Shown here in pieces: positions 1 to 7,200 of a stretch of 24,337 nucleotides of DNA (its first letter is position 1; the number at the start of each line of letters is the position of its first letter). Below the pieces are notes generated by a model that saw nothing but the letters and a program-made list of their open reading frames with translations, was not told the origin of the DNA and searched no databases. The DNA is taken from IMG/VR virus record IMGVR_UViG_3300020044_000898, positions 1 to 24,337 of that record; one strand, given 5' to 3'. The DNA is from a virus (lineage: Duplodnaviria > Caudoviricetes). Position numbers and translations under genes: made by a program.

Positions 1-1896
1 GTTACTCCTGTAGAGCGTGCGCGAATTACCACCACTGGCCTGTCTTTGGCAACGGGTATTGTGTACCAGATCAACAGTGTGAACGTTTTAAGCTCCACCG
101 GTCTTGGATCAACTGTTGTCAGCTCTTCGCTCACCAGCGTGGGGACTATCGCAACGGGGACGTGGCAGGGCACTGTGATTGGCGCTACCTATGGCGGCAC
201 AGGCATCAACAACGGAACCCGAACGCTGACCATCAACACCAACGCCGGAACAATTGAGTTCAGCGGTGCATCCACCACGATGACTTTCCCGTCCACCAGT
301 CAAACGCTGGCGGGTCTGGCCCTTGCTCAGACATGGACGGCTGCGCAGACGTTCCGCGCCGCAAGCTCGGTCCGGGCAGAAGCAGCGGCAACACAAGACG
401 CAATCGTGCTGGCTGGGCGTGCAGGGGGCACTGGCTCCTTTGCTGTGAGCTTGACACCAACCACGTTGTCTGCAAACCGTACCGTTACCTTGCCAGACGG
501 CAACGTGACAATTCCATCTGGCACTGTGGCCGTTCTCGGCACAGCTCAGACTTTTACTGCCGCTCAAACCTTCCGAGCAACCGATGCGGTTCGTTCTGAG
601 GCGGCAGCAACTCAAGATGCAATCGTGCTTGCGGGACGGGCAGGCGGAACTGGCTCCTTTGCCGCAACAATCACCACTGACACTCTTGCCGCAAGCGTGA
701 CTCACACGCTCCCAGCCATCACTGGAACTTTGGCAACACTCGCCAATACTCAGCAGACTTTTACTGGTTCAACATTAATTATTCCGACAGCTAACAGCGC
801 AATAATTACGATTGGTGCAATACCTCAAACCGGAACCATTACGGTTGACCGATCACAGGCAACGCACACATTGGATGTTGGGGTTGGCCCCACATTAAGC
901 GGAAACACCAAAACGATAAATTTTGGAACTGCTGGTGCGTCTGGTTCAACCACAAACATAAATATTGGTTCCGCTGTGTCTGGTGCAACAACCACCACAG
1001 CAGTTAGCGGAAACTTTACAGTTCAAGGCGTAACTGTTGGCCTTGGTGGTGGGGAGGTATCTACTAATACGGCTGTCGGTGTTCTTGCTTTGTCGTCAAA
1101 CACGACATCAGGCAACAACACCGCTGTTGGTAATTTAGCCCTTGTAAATTCCGATGGAACTAATAATACGGCAGTTGGGGCAGAGGCGATGCGCAACGTC
1201 ACGACGGGAGCCGATAACATTGCTATTGGCTATGCGTCGCTGTTTAATGGCTATACCGGAAGTAACAATATTGCTATCGGTGCAACTTCAATGTACAACA
1301 GCAGTGTTACGGGCAGTAACAATATTGCCGTAGGAAAAAACTCAGGGCTTAATATTGATGCGGGGTCTTTCAATACGTTTATTGGAACTTATTCCGGTCA
1401 AAACGTCACTACTGGCTCTAAAAACGTAATCGTTGGTTGCTACACCGGCGTCGCTGCGCCAATCTCCGGAACGGGCAGCAACTGGATTGTTTTGAGTGAT
1501 GGGGATGGTAACGTCCGTCAATCATTTGACCCGTCAGGTAATTCGCAGATGGGTTCTGGCGCAGCGGTTGTTTACTGCCCAACGCCATCAACGATAACTG
1601 CGGCGGCAACATTAACAAACGCAGACATTCAGGCGCAAATAGTTAACACAACGGGTGCAACAGGTTATACGGTTACGCTGCCTCTTGGGACAACTTTAGA
1701 AACGCTTATTCCTTGGAGTTCTGTTGACCTTGGGTATGATTTTTATGTCATCAACTCAGTACCCGCCAACATTACTATGGCGGCAAATACTGGCGTGACA
1801 ATTGTGGGTAGAACCCTTGTTGCAACCAACATTTCTGGACAGTTTAGGATTCGCAGAACGGCTGCAAACACATTCATTGTTTACCGCATTAACTAA
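1..1896 (+). CDS. Tail fibre / receptor-binding protein, 5'-truncated
   Basis: Frame is open from base 1 (VTPVERARITTTGLSLATG...), so the start at 46 is not real. T/G/A-rich, with a 73-aa-period internal duplication, NTAVG/NIAIG beta-roll-like repeats (~1066-1440) and a C-terminal small beta-sandwich-like domain. Confidence 0.8.
   Translation, partial: VTPVERARITTTGLSLATGIVYQINSVNVLSSTGLGSTVVSSSLTSVGTIATGTWQGTVIGATYGGTGINNGTRTLTINTNAGTIEFSGASTTMTFPSTSQTLAGLALAQTWTAAQTFRAASSVRAEAAATQDAIVLAGRAGGTGSFAVSLTPTTLSANRTVTLPDGNVTIPSGTVAVLGTAQTFTAAQTFRATDAVRSEAAATQDAIVLAGRAGGTGSFAATITTDTLAASVTHTLPAITGTLATLANTQQTFTGSTLIIPTANSAIITIGAIPQTGTITVDRSQATHTLDVGVGPTLSGNTKTINFGTAGASGSTTNINIGSAVSGATTTTAVSGNFTVQGVTVGLGGGEVSTNTAVGVLALSSNTTSGNNTAVGNLALVNSDGTNNTAVGAEAMRNVTTGADNIAIGYASLFNGYTGSNNIAIGATSMYNSSVTGSNNIAVGKNSGLNIDAGSFNTFIGTYSGQNVTTGSKNVIVGCYTGVAAPISGTGSNWIVLSDGDGNVRQSFDPSGNSQMGSGAAVVYCPTPSTITAAATLTNADIQAQIVNTTGATGYTVTLPLGTTLETLIPWSSVDLGYDFYVINSVPANITMAANTGVTIVGRTLVATNISGQFRIRRTAANTFIVYRIN
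325..714 (+). repeat. In-frame duplication in the tail fibre (copies ~325-495 and ~544-714, 219-nt period)
   Basis: AQTWTAAQTFRAASSVRAEAAATQDAIVLAGRAGGTGSFA...TLP vs AQTFTAAQTFRATDAVRSEAAATQDAIVLAGRAGGTGSFA...TLP. Confidence 0.9.
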
Positions 1897-1941
1897 GGCA
1901 AGCCGCCAGCCTTTGATGGCGGCACAACAAAAGGAAATGAA

Positions 1942-2193
1942 ATGGGAAACAACACAAACCCCCAGCTCATGATTGATGGCGTTGAGTACGATGTTGAAAA
2001 GCTGAACGAGCAGCAAAAGGTTATTTTGAACCACGTTGTTGATCTGGAACGCAAAGTAGCATCTGCACGGTTTAACCTTGACCAGCTTTCTGTTGGTCGA
2101 GACACATTCTTGGACATGCTCAAGAGGTCATTGCAAGAGCAATCTACGCAAGCAACTGAGAATGTTGAGGTCGCAGAAAGTATTGAAGGTTAA
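1942..2193 (+). CDS. Small coiled-coil protein, DUF6447-like; possible tail fibre chaperone
   Basis: AAGGAA SD. IDGVEYDVEKL followed by an amphipathic helix; lies directly after the fibre gene. Confidence 0.55.
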   Translation: MGNNTNPQLMIDGVEYDVEKLNEQQKVILNHVVDLERKVASARFNLDQLSVGRDTFLDMLKRSLQEQSTQATENVEVAESIEG

Positions 2194-2195
2194 GC

Positions 2196-2411
2196 ATGTC
2201 AGAAGTCCACGAACTCGCTACAGAGACTGATAAACGCCTAAGTGTCCATGAGGCTGTTTGCGCCCAACGGTACGAAGGCATTCAGGCTAGGTTTGACGAT
2301 GGTTCCAAGCGCATGACCAAGATAGAGTATCTGCTGTATGCGGTGATCATCTTGGTGATGTTTGGACCCGGAGTTGCTGCCGAGTTCGTTAAAAAGTTGT
2401 TTGGCTTTTGA
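2196..2411 (+). CDS. Small membrane protein (coiled coil plus C-terminal TM), XhlA/holin-like
   Basis: RLSVHEAVCAQRY...RMTKIE followed by the hydrophobic YLLYAVIILVMFG; first gene of the lysis cluster. Confidence 0.6.
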   Translation: MSEVHELATETDKRLSVHEAVCAQRYEGIQARFDDGSKRMTKIEYLLYAVIILVMFGPGVAAEFVKKLFGF

Positions 2412-2413
2412 TC

Positions 2414-2506
2414 ATGAAAGAATGGGCCAGCAGTTTTATCGCTGCGGCCCTTCTTGTTGGGTTTATCGTTTGGTGCGCCAAAGTATTTATTGAGGTGTTG
2501 CGATGA
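2414..2506 (+). CDS. 30-aa single-TM peptide (not in the ORF track)
   Basis: MKEWASSFIAAALLVGFIVWCAKVFIEVLR*. It fills the gap exactly and its TGA overlaps the next ATG (ATGA at 2503-2506). Confidence 0.65.
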   Translation: MKEWASSFIAAALLVGFIVWCAKVFIEVLR

Positions 2507-2949
2507 TTGCAGAAATTGCTGCTGCAAATGCTGCGTTTGCTGTGATCAAAACGGCCCTTGCCAACGGCAAAGAGTTGTCTGCCCTTGGCTCCAAAGTATT
2601 TGACTACTTTGACAACAAAGCAAAGATTCAGGAGAGGGCCACAAAAAAAGGTGGCAGCTCCGACTTGGAAGAATTTATGGCGCTTGAGCAGTTGCGCCTT
2701 CAAGAAGAGGAACTGCGTGAGCGTATGGTCTATGCCGGTCGTCCGGGCATGTGGGAGGATTGGGTCAAGTTCCAAGCCGCTGCCGCTCGTCGCAGGCGAG
2801 AAGAAAAAGAAGCTGAGGCAAGGCGTGTTGCGCTGAGAAAGAAAAAGGTTGAGCAGCTTGTTGAGTATGTTGTTCTTGGCCTTGCAGGCGTTATTCTGGC
2901 GGCACTCATAATTTACGGGGTTTCGTTGTACGTGAGGCATTTGAGATGA
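2503..2949 (+). CDS. Coiled-coil membrane protein with C-terminal TM, lysis-cluster associated
   Basis: GAGG SD and ATGA coupling on both sides; charged helix followed by YVVLGLAGVILAALIIYGVSLYV. Confidence 0.7.
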   Translation: MIAEIAAANAAFAVIKTALANGKELSALGSKVFDYFDNKAKIQERATKKGGSSDLEEFMALEQLRLQEEELRERMVYAGRPGMWEDWVKFQAAAARRRREEKEAEARRVALRKKKVEQLVEYVVLGLAGVILAALIIYGVSLYVRHLR

Positions 2950-3560
2950 GCAAGGGGTCAGGCTCCGACTCAATGCTCGACAAGGTGCTTGGGTATGTGG
3001 ACTCGCCTTTCAAGCTGTTTGCCATCATCCTAATGGGTGTGCTTGCGTTCTCGGGCTACTTCCTGTGGCAGAACCAAGAATTCATGCGCGATGCCTACAA
3101 GGAGTCCAAGAAGCTGCCGGAGATCAACACCTCTCGGACAGATGATGCCAGTGCCATGCTGTTCAAGAAAACCGGCGCAACGGTGGTGGCGGTGTTCAAG
3201 GTCAACCCCTTGTTTGGAAGCCGGGTGCTTTACAAGGCTTACACAAAAGACGGACGAGATAAGACGATTGAGGACATTGACGTTGGCTTGTTCAGCCAAA
3301 ACGCAGCCAACAACGCTGATGTGATCAAGCTGATGACCAACGAAGTGCCGTGCTCAGAATACAGATACGCCCAGTCTGAGGTGGGTCTGTGGTACATCGA
3401 GAAGGGTGTAACCTTTACCTGCCGGATAAGCGTGCCGCCTGACAGCCATCGGTTTGTTGGGCAGATTACTGTGGGCTGGGCGCAGCAGCCCGAAAGCTTG
3501 GAGCAGATTAAATTCATGCTGGAGATCGCCAGCGCCATGTTGACTAAAAGGGGTAACTGA
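2946..3560 (+). CDS. Putative T4 T-like holin (single N-terminal TM plus GAF-like soluble domain)
   Basis: 204 aa with one TM (KLFAIILMGVLAFSGYFLW). GATVVAVFKVNP and FVGQITVGW resemble my recollection of T4 T (EADFSAVYSFRP, YAGTITMYW). Two Cys; located in the lysis cluster. Confidence 0.55.
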   Translation: MSKGSGSDSMLDKVLGYVDSPFKLFAIILMGVLAFSGYFLWQNQEFMRDAYKESKKLPEINTSRTDDASAMLFKKTGATVVAVFKVNPLFGSRVLYKAYTKDGRDKTIEDIDVGLFSQNAANNADVIKLMTNEVPCSEYRYAQSEVGLWYIEKGVTFTCRISVPPDSHRFVGQITVGWAQQPESLEQIKFMLEIASAMLTKRGN

Positions 3561-4063
3561 TGCTTTCACTATTTTCAACTCTTGGGGGTCTGCTGATCTC
3601 CGGCCTTCCCAAACTGCTGGAATACTTCCAAAACAAGGCCGACCAAAAGCACGAGCTTGCGCTGGCTGGTATCCAGACCGAACGGGAACTGCAACTGGCC
3701 GCTGCTGGGTTTGCTGCCCAAGCCCGTGTGGAGGAGATTCGCACTGAGCAGGTGGCAATGGAGACCGATGCCCGGATGACTGAGGCGGCGCTTGCCCATG
3801 ACGAGAAAGTGCTTGAGAAGGCCAGCAAGTGGGTTGCCAACTACGTGGGCACTGTGCGCCCCACCGTGACCTACATCTTCGTGCTGGAGCTGGTGGCAAT
3901 CAACGCCTTCATGGCGGTCTACCTGTGGAACCATCCCCACCTGATCCAGAATATTGACGATGTCATCAAGTACGCAGACCTGATCTTCTCCAGCGACGAG
4001 ATGGCGATGCTGGGTGGCATCATCGGTTTCTGGTTCGGTAGCCGCCAGTGGAGCAAGAAATGA
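3560..4063 (+). CDS. Holin, 3TM GTA-holin-like family
   Basis: N-terminal hydrophobic segment, W...VRP motif before a TM, and C-terminal IIGFWFGSR; upstream of the endolysin. Confidence 0.7.
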   Translation: MLSLFSTLGGLLISGLPKLLEYFQNKADQKHELALAGIQTERELQLAAAGFAAQARVEEIRTEQVAMETDARMTEAALAHDEKVLEKASKWVANYVGTVRPTVTYIFVLELVAINAFMAVYLWNHPHLIQNIDDVIKYADLIFSSDEMAMLGGIIGFWFGSRQWSKK

Positions 4064-4752
4064 TTGGGGTTTACGCCATAGTCAACACATCGAGCCAAAA
4101 GGTTTATGTGGGCAGCAGCAAGAACGTCAATAAGCGGTTCTTGTGCCATGCTTCGTTCCTTAGAAATGGTAAGCATCACTGCGCCCACCTTCAAAGCTCT
4201 TTTGATTTAAACGGCTCAAAAGCGTTTCAGTTCCGCGTCCTTGCAGAATGCGCAACGCGAGAAGAGGCTCAGGAATTGGAGCAGGCTATGCTCGACATTT
4301 GGCATGCAGATTTTTACAACGCATCCAAAAGAGCGGACCATCTTCATCGGCTTGGAAGGCCGCTAAACGAAGTTACGAAACAAAAAATTGGCGACAAGAA
4401 CGCAGGCGCATTTAGATCGCCAGAGCAGCGAAAACTAATCTCAGATTCACTGAAAAAACGCTACCAAGAGGGCATGCAAAGCCCGCAACTTGGAAGAACG
4501 CACAGCGACGAGGCAAAGGCCAAGATTAGAGCAAAACGCGCCCTTCAAGCCCCTGCAAACCTTGGAAGGGTGGCGTCTCAAGAAACCCGCTTGAAACAGT
4601 CATTGGCGAAAAAGGGTAACCGTTGTCACGCGAAAACTGTATGCACGGATACGGCGTGCTTTTTTGGACTTGATGTCGCGGCGCAGCACTACGAAGTTTC
4701 AAAACCCACTTTCCGCAGAATGATGCAACGAAATGGTTGGAGCTTTTTGTGA
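4060..4752 (+). CDS. Free-standing GIY-YIG homing endonuclease with NUMOD3-like repeats
   Basis: GVY-x10-YVG with conserved R (KRF), E (ELEQ) and N (FYN) as in I-TevI. NUMOD3-like GRPLNEVTKQKI, GRTHSDEAKAKI and GRVASQETRLKQS. Start taken as ATG 4060, overlapping the holin TGA. Confidence 0.9.
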   Translation: MIGVYAIVNTSSQKVYVGSSKNVNKRFLCHASFLRNGKHHCAHLQSSFDLNGSKAFQFRVLAECATREEAQELEQAMLDIWHADFYNASKRADHLHRLGRPLNEVTKQKIGDKNAGAFRSPEQRKLISDSLKKRYQEGMQSPQLGRTHSDEAKAKIRAKRALQAPANLGRVASQETRLKQSLAKKGNRCHAKTVCTDTACFFGLDVAAQHYEVSKPTFRRMMQRNGWSFL

Positions 4753-5255
4753 AAACTTCGGACGCCGGTTTGCACTTGATGCACAAATTTGAGGGGTTTC
4801 GTAACCGTCCGTACTTATGCCCGGCCCACATTTGGACTTGCGGTTGGGGAACCGTCCTTTACCAAGAACAGATCAGGCTCCCTATGGTGCGCGTCGAGGG
4901 CAAAGAAGTTCCGATGATTCGCAAAGAGTACCCGCTACGTTTGGAGGATAACCGTGTCTGGTCCAAAGAAGAATTGGCTGCGATGTTCAAAAATGACCTC
5001 GCTGGCTTTGAGCGTTCTGTTTTACGACTTGTTCCCGGCGTACTTGGGCATCAGGGCCGGTTTGACGCTTTGGTATGTCTGGCCTATAACATAGGCGCGG
5101 GCAATCTCCAGCGGTCCACCATCCGGATGAAGGCCAACCGTGGGGACTGGGAGGGGGCGGCAGAGGCTTTTAGGGCTTGGACCAAGGGTGGGGGTAAGGT
5201 TTTGCCGGGGCTTGTCAAGCGCCGAGAGGCCGAAATTGCGCTGTTTTTGAGTTAA
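4749..5255 (+). CDS. Endolysin, GH24 phage lysozyme
   Basis: E-x8-C-x5-T catalytic triad (EGFRNRPYLCPAHIWT), FDALV..AYNIG and LPGLVKRREAE. GTG start at 4749 after GGAG; no SAR segment. Confidence 0.92.
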   Translation: MKTSDAGLHLMHKFEGFRNRPYLCPAHIWTCGWGTVLYQEQIRLPMVRVEGKEVPMIRKEYPLRLEDNRVWSKEELAAMFKNDLAGFERSVLRLVPGVLGHQGRFDALVCLAYNIGAGNLQRSTIRMKANRGDWEGAAEAFRAWTKGGGKVLPGLVKRREAEIALFLS

Positions 5256-5286
5256 GTGCGAAAATACGGGCAGGCGTTGTGCAAAA

Positions 5287-5315
5287 GTGACAAATTCACG
5301 GTTAAGAATTAAAAT
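5287..5315 (+). promoter_or_regulatory. Sigma70-type promoter upstream of the tail/ejection genes
   Basis: GTGACA-17 nt-TAAAAT in the only sizeable AT-rich gap (5256-5341) of the late region. Confidence 0.6.
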
Positions 5316-5341
5316 ACAACCACAAACGAAAGGCATCTGGG

Positions 5342-5977
5342 ATGACGACAGCAAGTGTAATGACCTACGACTCGTTGGTTGAAAACATCCAGTCCTATCT
5401 GGAGCGCACGGACGCAGCCACTCTTGACAAGATCCCGCTGTTTATCATGCTGGCCGAGCAAACCATTGCCAGCCAGATCAAGTTTCTCGGGAACCTGATA
5501 GTCAACACCAGCACCTTGGTGGCAAGCCAACCCGTTATTGACAAGCCTGCACGCTGGCACAAAACAGTCTCAATGAACATCACGGTTGCGGGTGTTCGCC
5601 AGCCTGTTTTGCTTCGCAAGTATGAGTACATGCGGGAATATTGGCCCAATGCCACGGCAACGGATGTACCCAAGTTCTATTGCGACTACGACTACACCCA
5701 CTGGCTGGTCGCCCCAACTCCCGATTTGGCATACACCTTTGAGGTGATCTATTACGAGCGTGTGCAGCCTTTGGACTCAACCAATCAAGTCAACTGGTTC
5801 ACTCAATACGCTCCTCAAGCCCTGCTGTATGGCTCACTTTTACAAGCCATGCCGTTCCTCAAGAACGACAGCAGGATTCCAATTTGGCAACAGCAGTACC
5901 AAGGCATCATGCAAGCATTGATGGTCGAGGACAAGCTTCGGATTGCCGATAGACAAGCAATGGCGGTGGACTCATGA
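5342..5977 (+). CDS. Head-tail adaptor / tail tubular protein A-like
   Basis: TYDSLVENIQSYLER...FIMLAE, PKFY, VAPTPD.AY..EVIYY and NW....PQALLYGSL; size and position typical of podophage adaptors. Confidence 0.75.
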   Translation: MTTASVMTYDSLVENIQSYLERTDAATLDKIPLFIMLAEQTIASQIKFLGNLIVNTSTLVASQPVIDKPARWHKTVSMNITVAGVRQPVLLRKYEYMREYWPNATATDVPKFYCDYDYTHWLVAPTPDLAYTFEVIYYERVQPLDSTNQVNWFTQYAPQALLYGSLLQAMPFLKNDSRIPIWQQQYQGIMQALMVEDKLRIADRQAMAVDS

Positions 5978-7200
5978 GCTTTAACAGCCCCTTTAGCGGT
6001 AACGTTGTCCAACCGACAGACGTTAGCTTCGTTTCATACACAATTTCAGCAAACACCCAGCTACAGTGGCCCATCAACAGTGAGCCAAACGTAGACTACG
6101 CCGCGCGGATCATTCAGGTCACGGCGACAGCAGGTAGCCTGAATCTGATCATGCCTCCGGCCAACCAAGCTTCGGTCGGTCAAGATGCTCTGATTCGTAA
6201 CGTGGGGTCTAACACGTTCACCGTGTTGGACTATGCCGGGAATACGATCATTGCCGTTGCCGCTGGTCAGGCTCAGTACATCTACATCACCAGCAACGCA
6301 ACCACCGCAGGCACATGGGGCATCATTGCGTTCGGCACAGGAACCTCATCCTCGGACGCTGCAACCCTTGCTGGCGCTGGCTTGGTGGCGCAATCGACCA
6401 CATTGAATCAAAGCCACCCATCGTCTTACATCGCAGACGGCGACACCTTTGTGGCCTCAGATCGTGCCCAGATGCACATCTGGACTGGCGGCGCAGGAAC
6501 CATCACTCTTCCGCTGGTGACCGATGTCGGTGACAACTGGTTCATCATGGTTCGCAATGCTGGCTCAGGGACTTTGACAGTCAACACCTCGGCGGGGCAG
6601 CTTTTTGACAACAACACAACAAAGCTGTTTCAGCCAAGTGATTCGGCGTTCATTGTCTGCACCGGAACCGACTACCTCTCAGTGGGTTATGGTCAGGGAA
6701 CCGACTTCTCATTCTCTGCGCTGTCTTATGCAGTTGTGTCGGGAACATACACCCTGACTGCTAACGAGGCATCCAACACCATTCAGGAGATCACCGGAAC
6801 CCTGACTGGGGCTGTGACGATTGTTTACCCGCCTGTGGTGAACTTGTACGTCATCAGCAACCAAACATCCGCAGGCGGCAACACATTGACCGTCAAAACT
6901 GCAACGGGTCTTGGTGTGGTAGTTCCTCCGTCCTCGCAAGTCACCGTGATTTGCGATGGCGTGAACTTCTACAACGCTAACACGACTCAGATTGGCGCAA
7001 CAGCCATCTCCCTGATTTCCGGATCTGCGGCATCGCCTGCAATTAACTTTATTGCGCAAACCAACACTGGCATGTTCTACAGCACCAACACTGTGGCGTT
7101 CTCTGTCATCGGTACGCAGCGACTTTCTGTGACGGTCAACGGCATTACCGTGAATGGTGTTGGCACGTTTATCGGCGGCATTACTGGGGGCACTTTCTAA
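5974..7200 (+). CDS. Virion structural protein, tail fibre/appendage-like
   Basis: Three similar beta-rich units (..xxP....G....xxN.G..TxTV) and a C-terminal GSAASPAINF..QTNTGMF motif seen in fibres; lies between adaptor and nozzle. Confidence 0.6.
   Translation: MSFNSPFSGNVVQPTDVSFVSYTISANTQLQWPINSEPNVDYAARIIQVTATAGSLNLIMPPANQASVGQDALIRNVGSNTFTVLDYAGNTIIAVAAGQAQYIYITSNATTAGTWGIIAFGTGTSSSDAATLAGAGLVAQSTTLNQSHPSSYIADGDTFVASDRAQMHIWTGGAGTITLPLVTDVGDNWFIMVRNAGSGTLTVNTSAGQLFDNNTTKLFQPSDSAFIVCTGTDYLSVGYGQGTDFSFSALSYAVVSGTYTLTANEASNTIQEITGTLTGAVTIVYPPVVNLYVISNQTSAGGNTLTVKTATGLGVVVPPSSQVTVICDGVNFYNANTTQIGATAISLISGSAASPAINFIAQTNTGMFYSTNTVAFSVIGTQRLSVTVNGITVNGVGTFIGGITGGTF

Noticed and set aside
325-714. 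Possible DGR template/variable repeat pair
   Set aside because: Both copies are coding, differences are largely synonymous and not adenine-specific, and there is no reverse transcriptase in the window.
1902-1923. Hairpin GCCGCCA/TGGCGGC as a terminator
   Set aside because: No U-tract follows on the + strand; at most a stabilising or processing hairpin.
4060-4752. Group I intron housing the GIY-YIG gene
   Set aside because: The ORF fills the whole insertion, flanking genes are intact, and there is no room for a ribozyme core.
4749-4860. SAR endolysin, suggested by the P1 Lyz-like catalytic Cys
   Set aside because: No N-terminal hydrophobic segment; E-x8-C-x5-T is a known GH24 variant.
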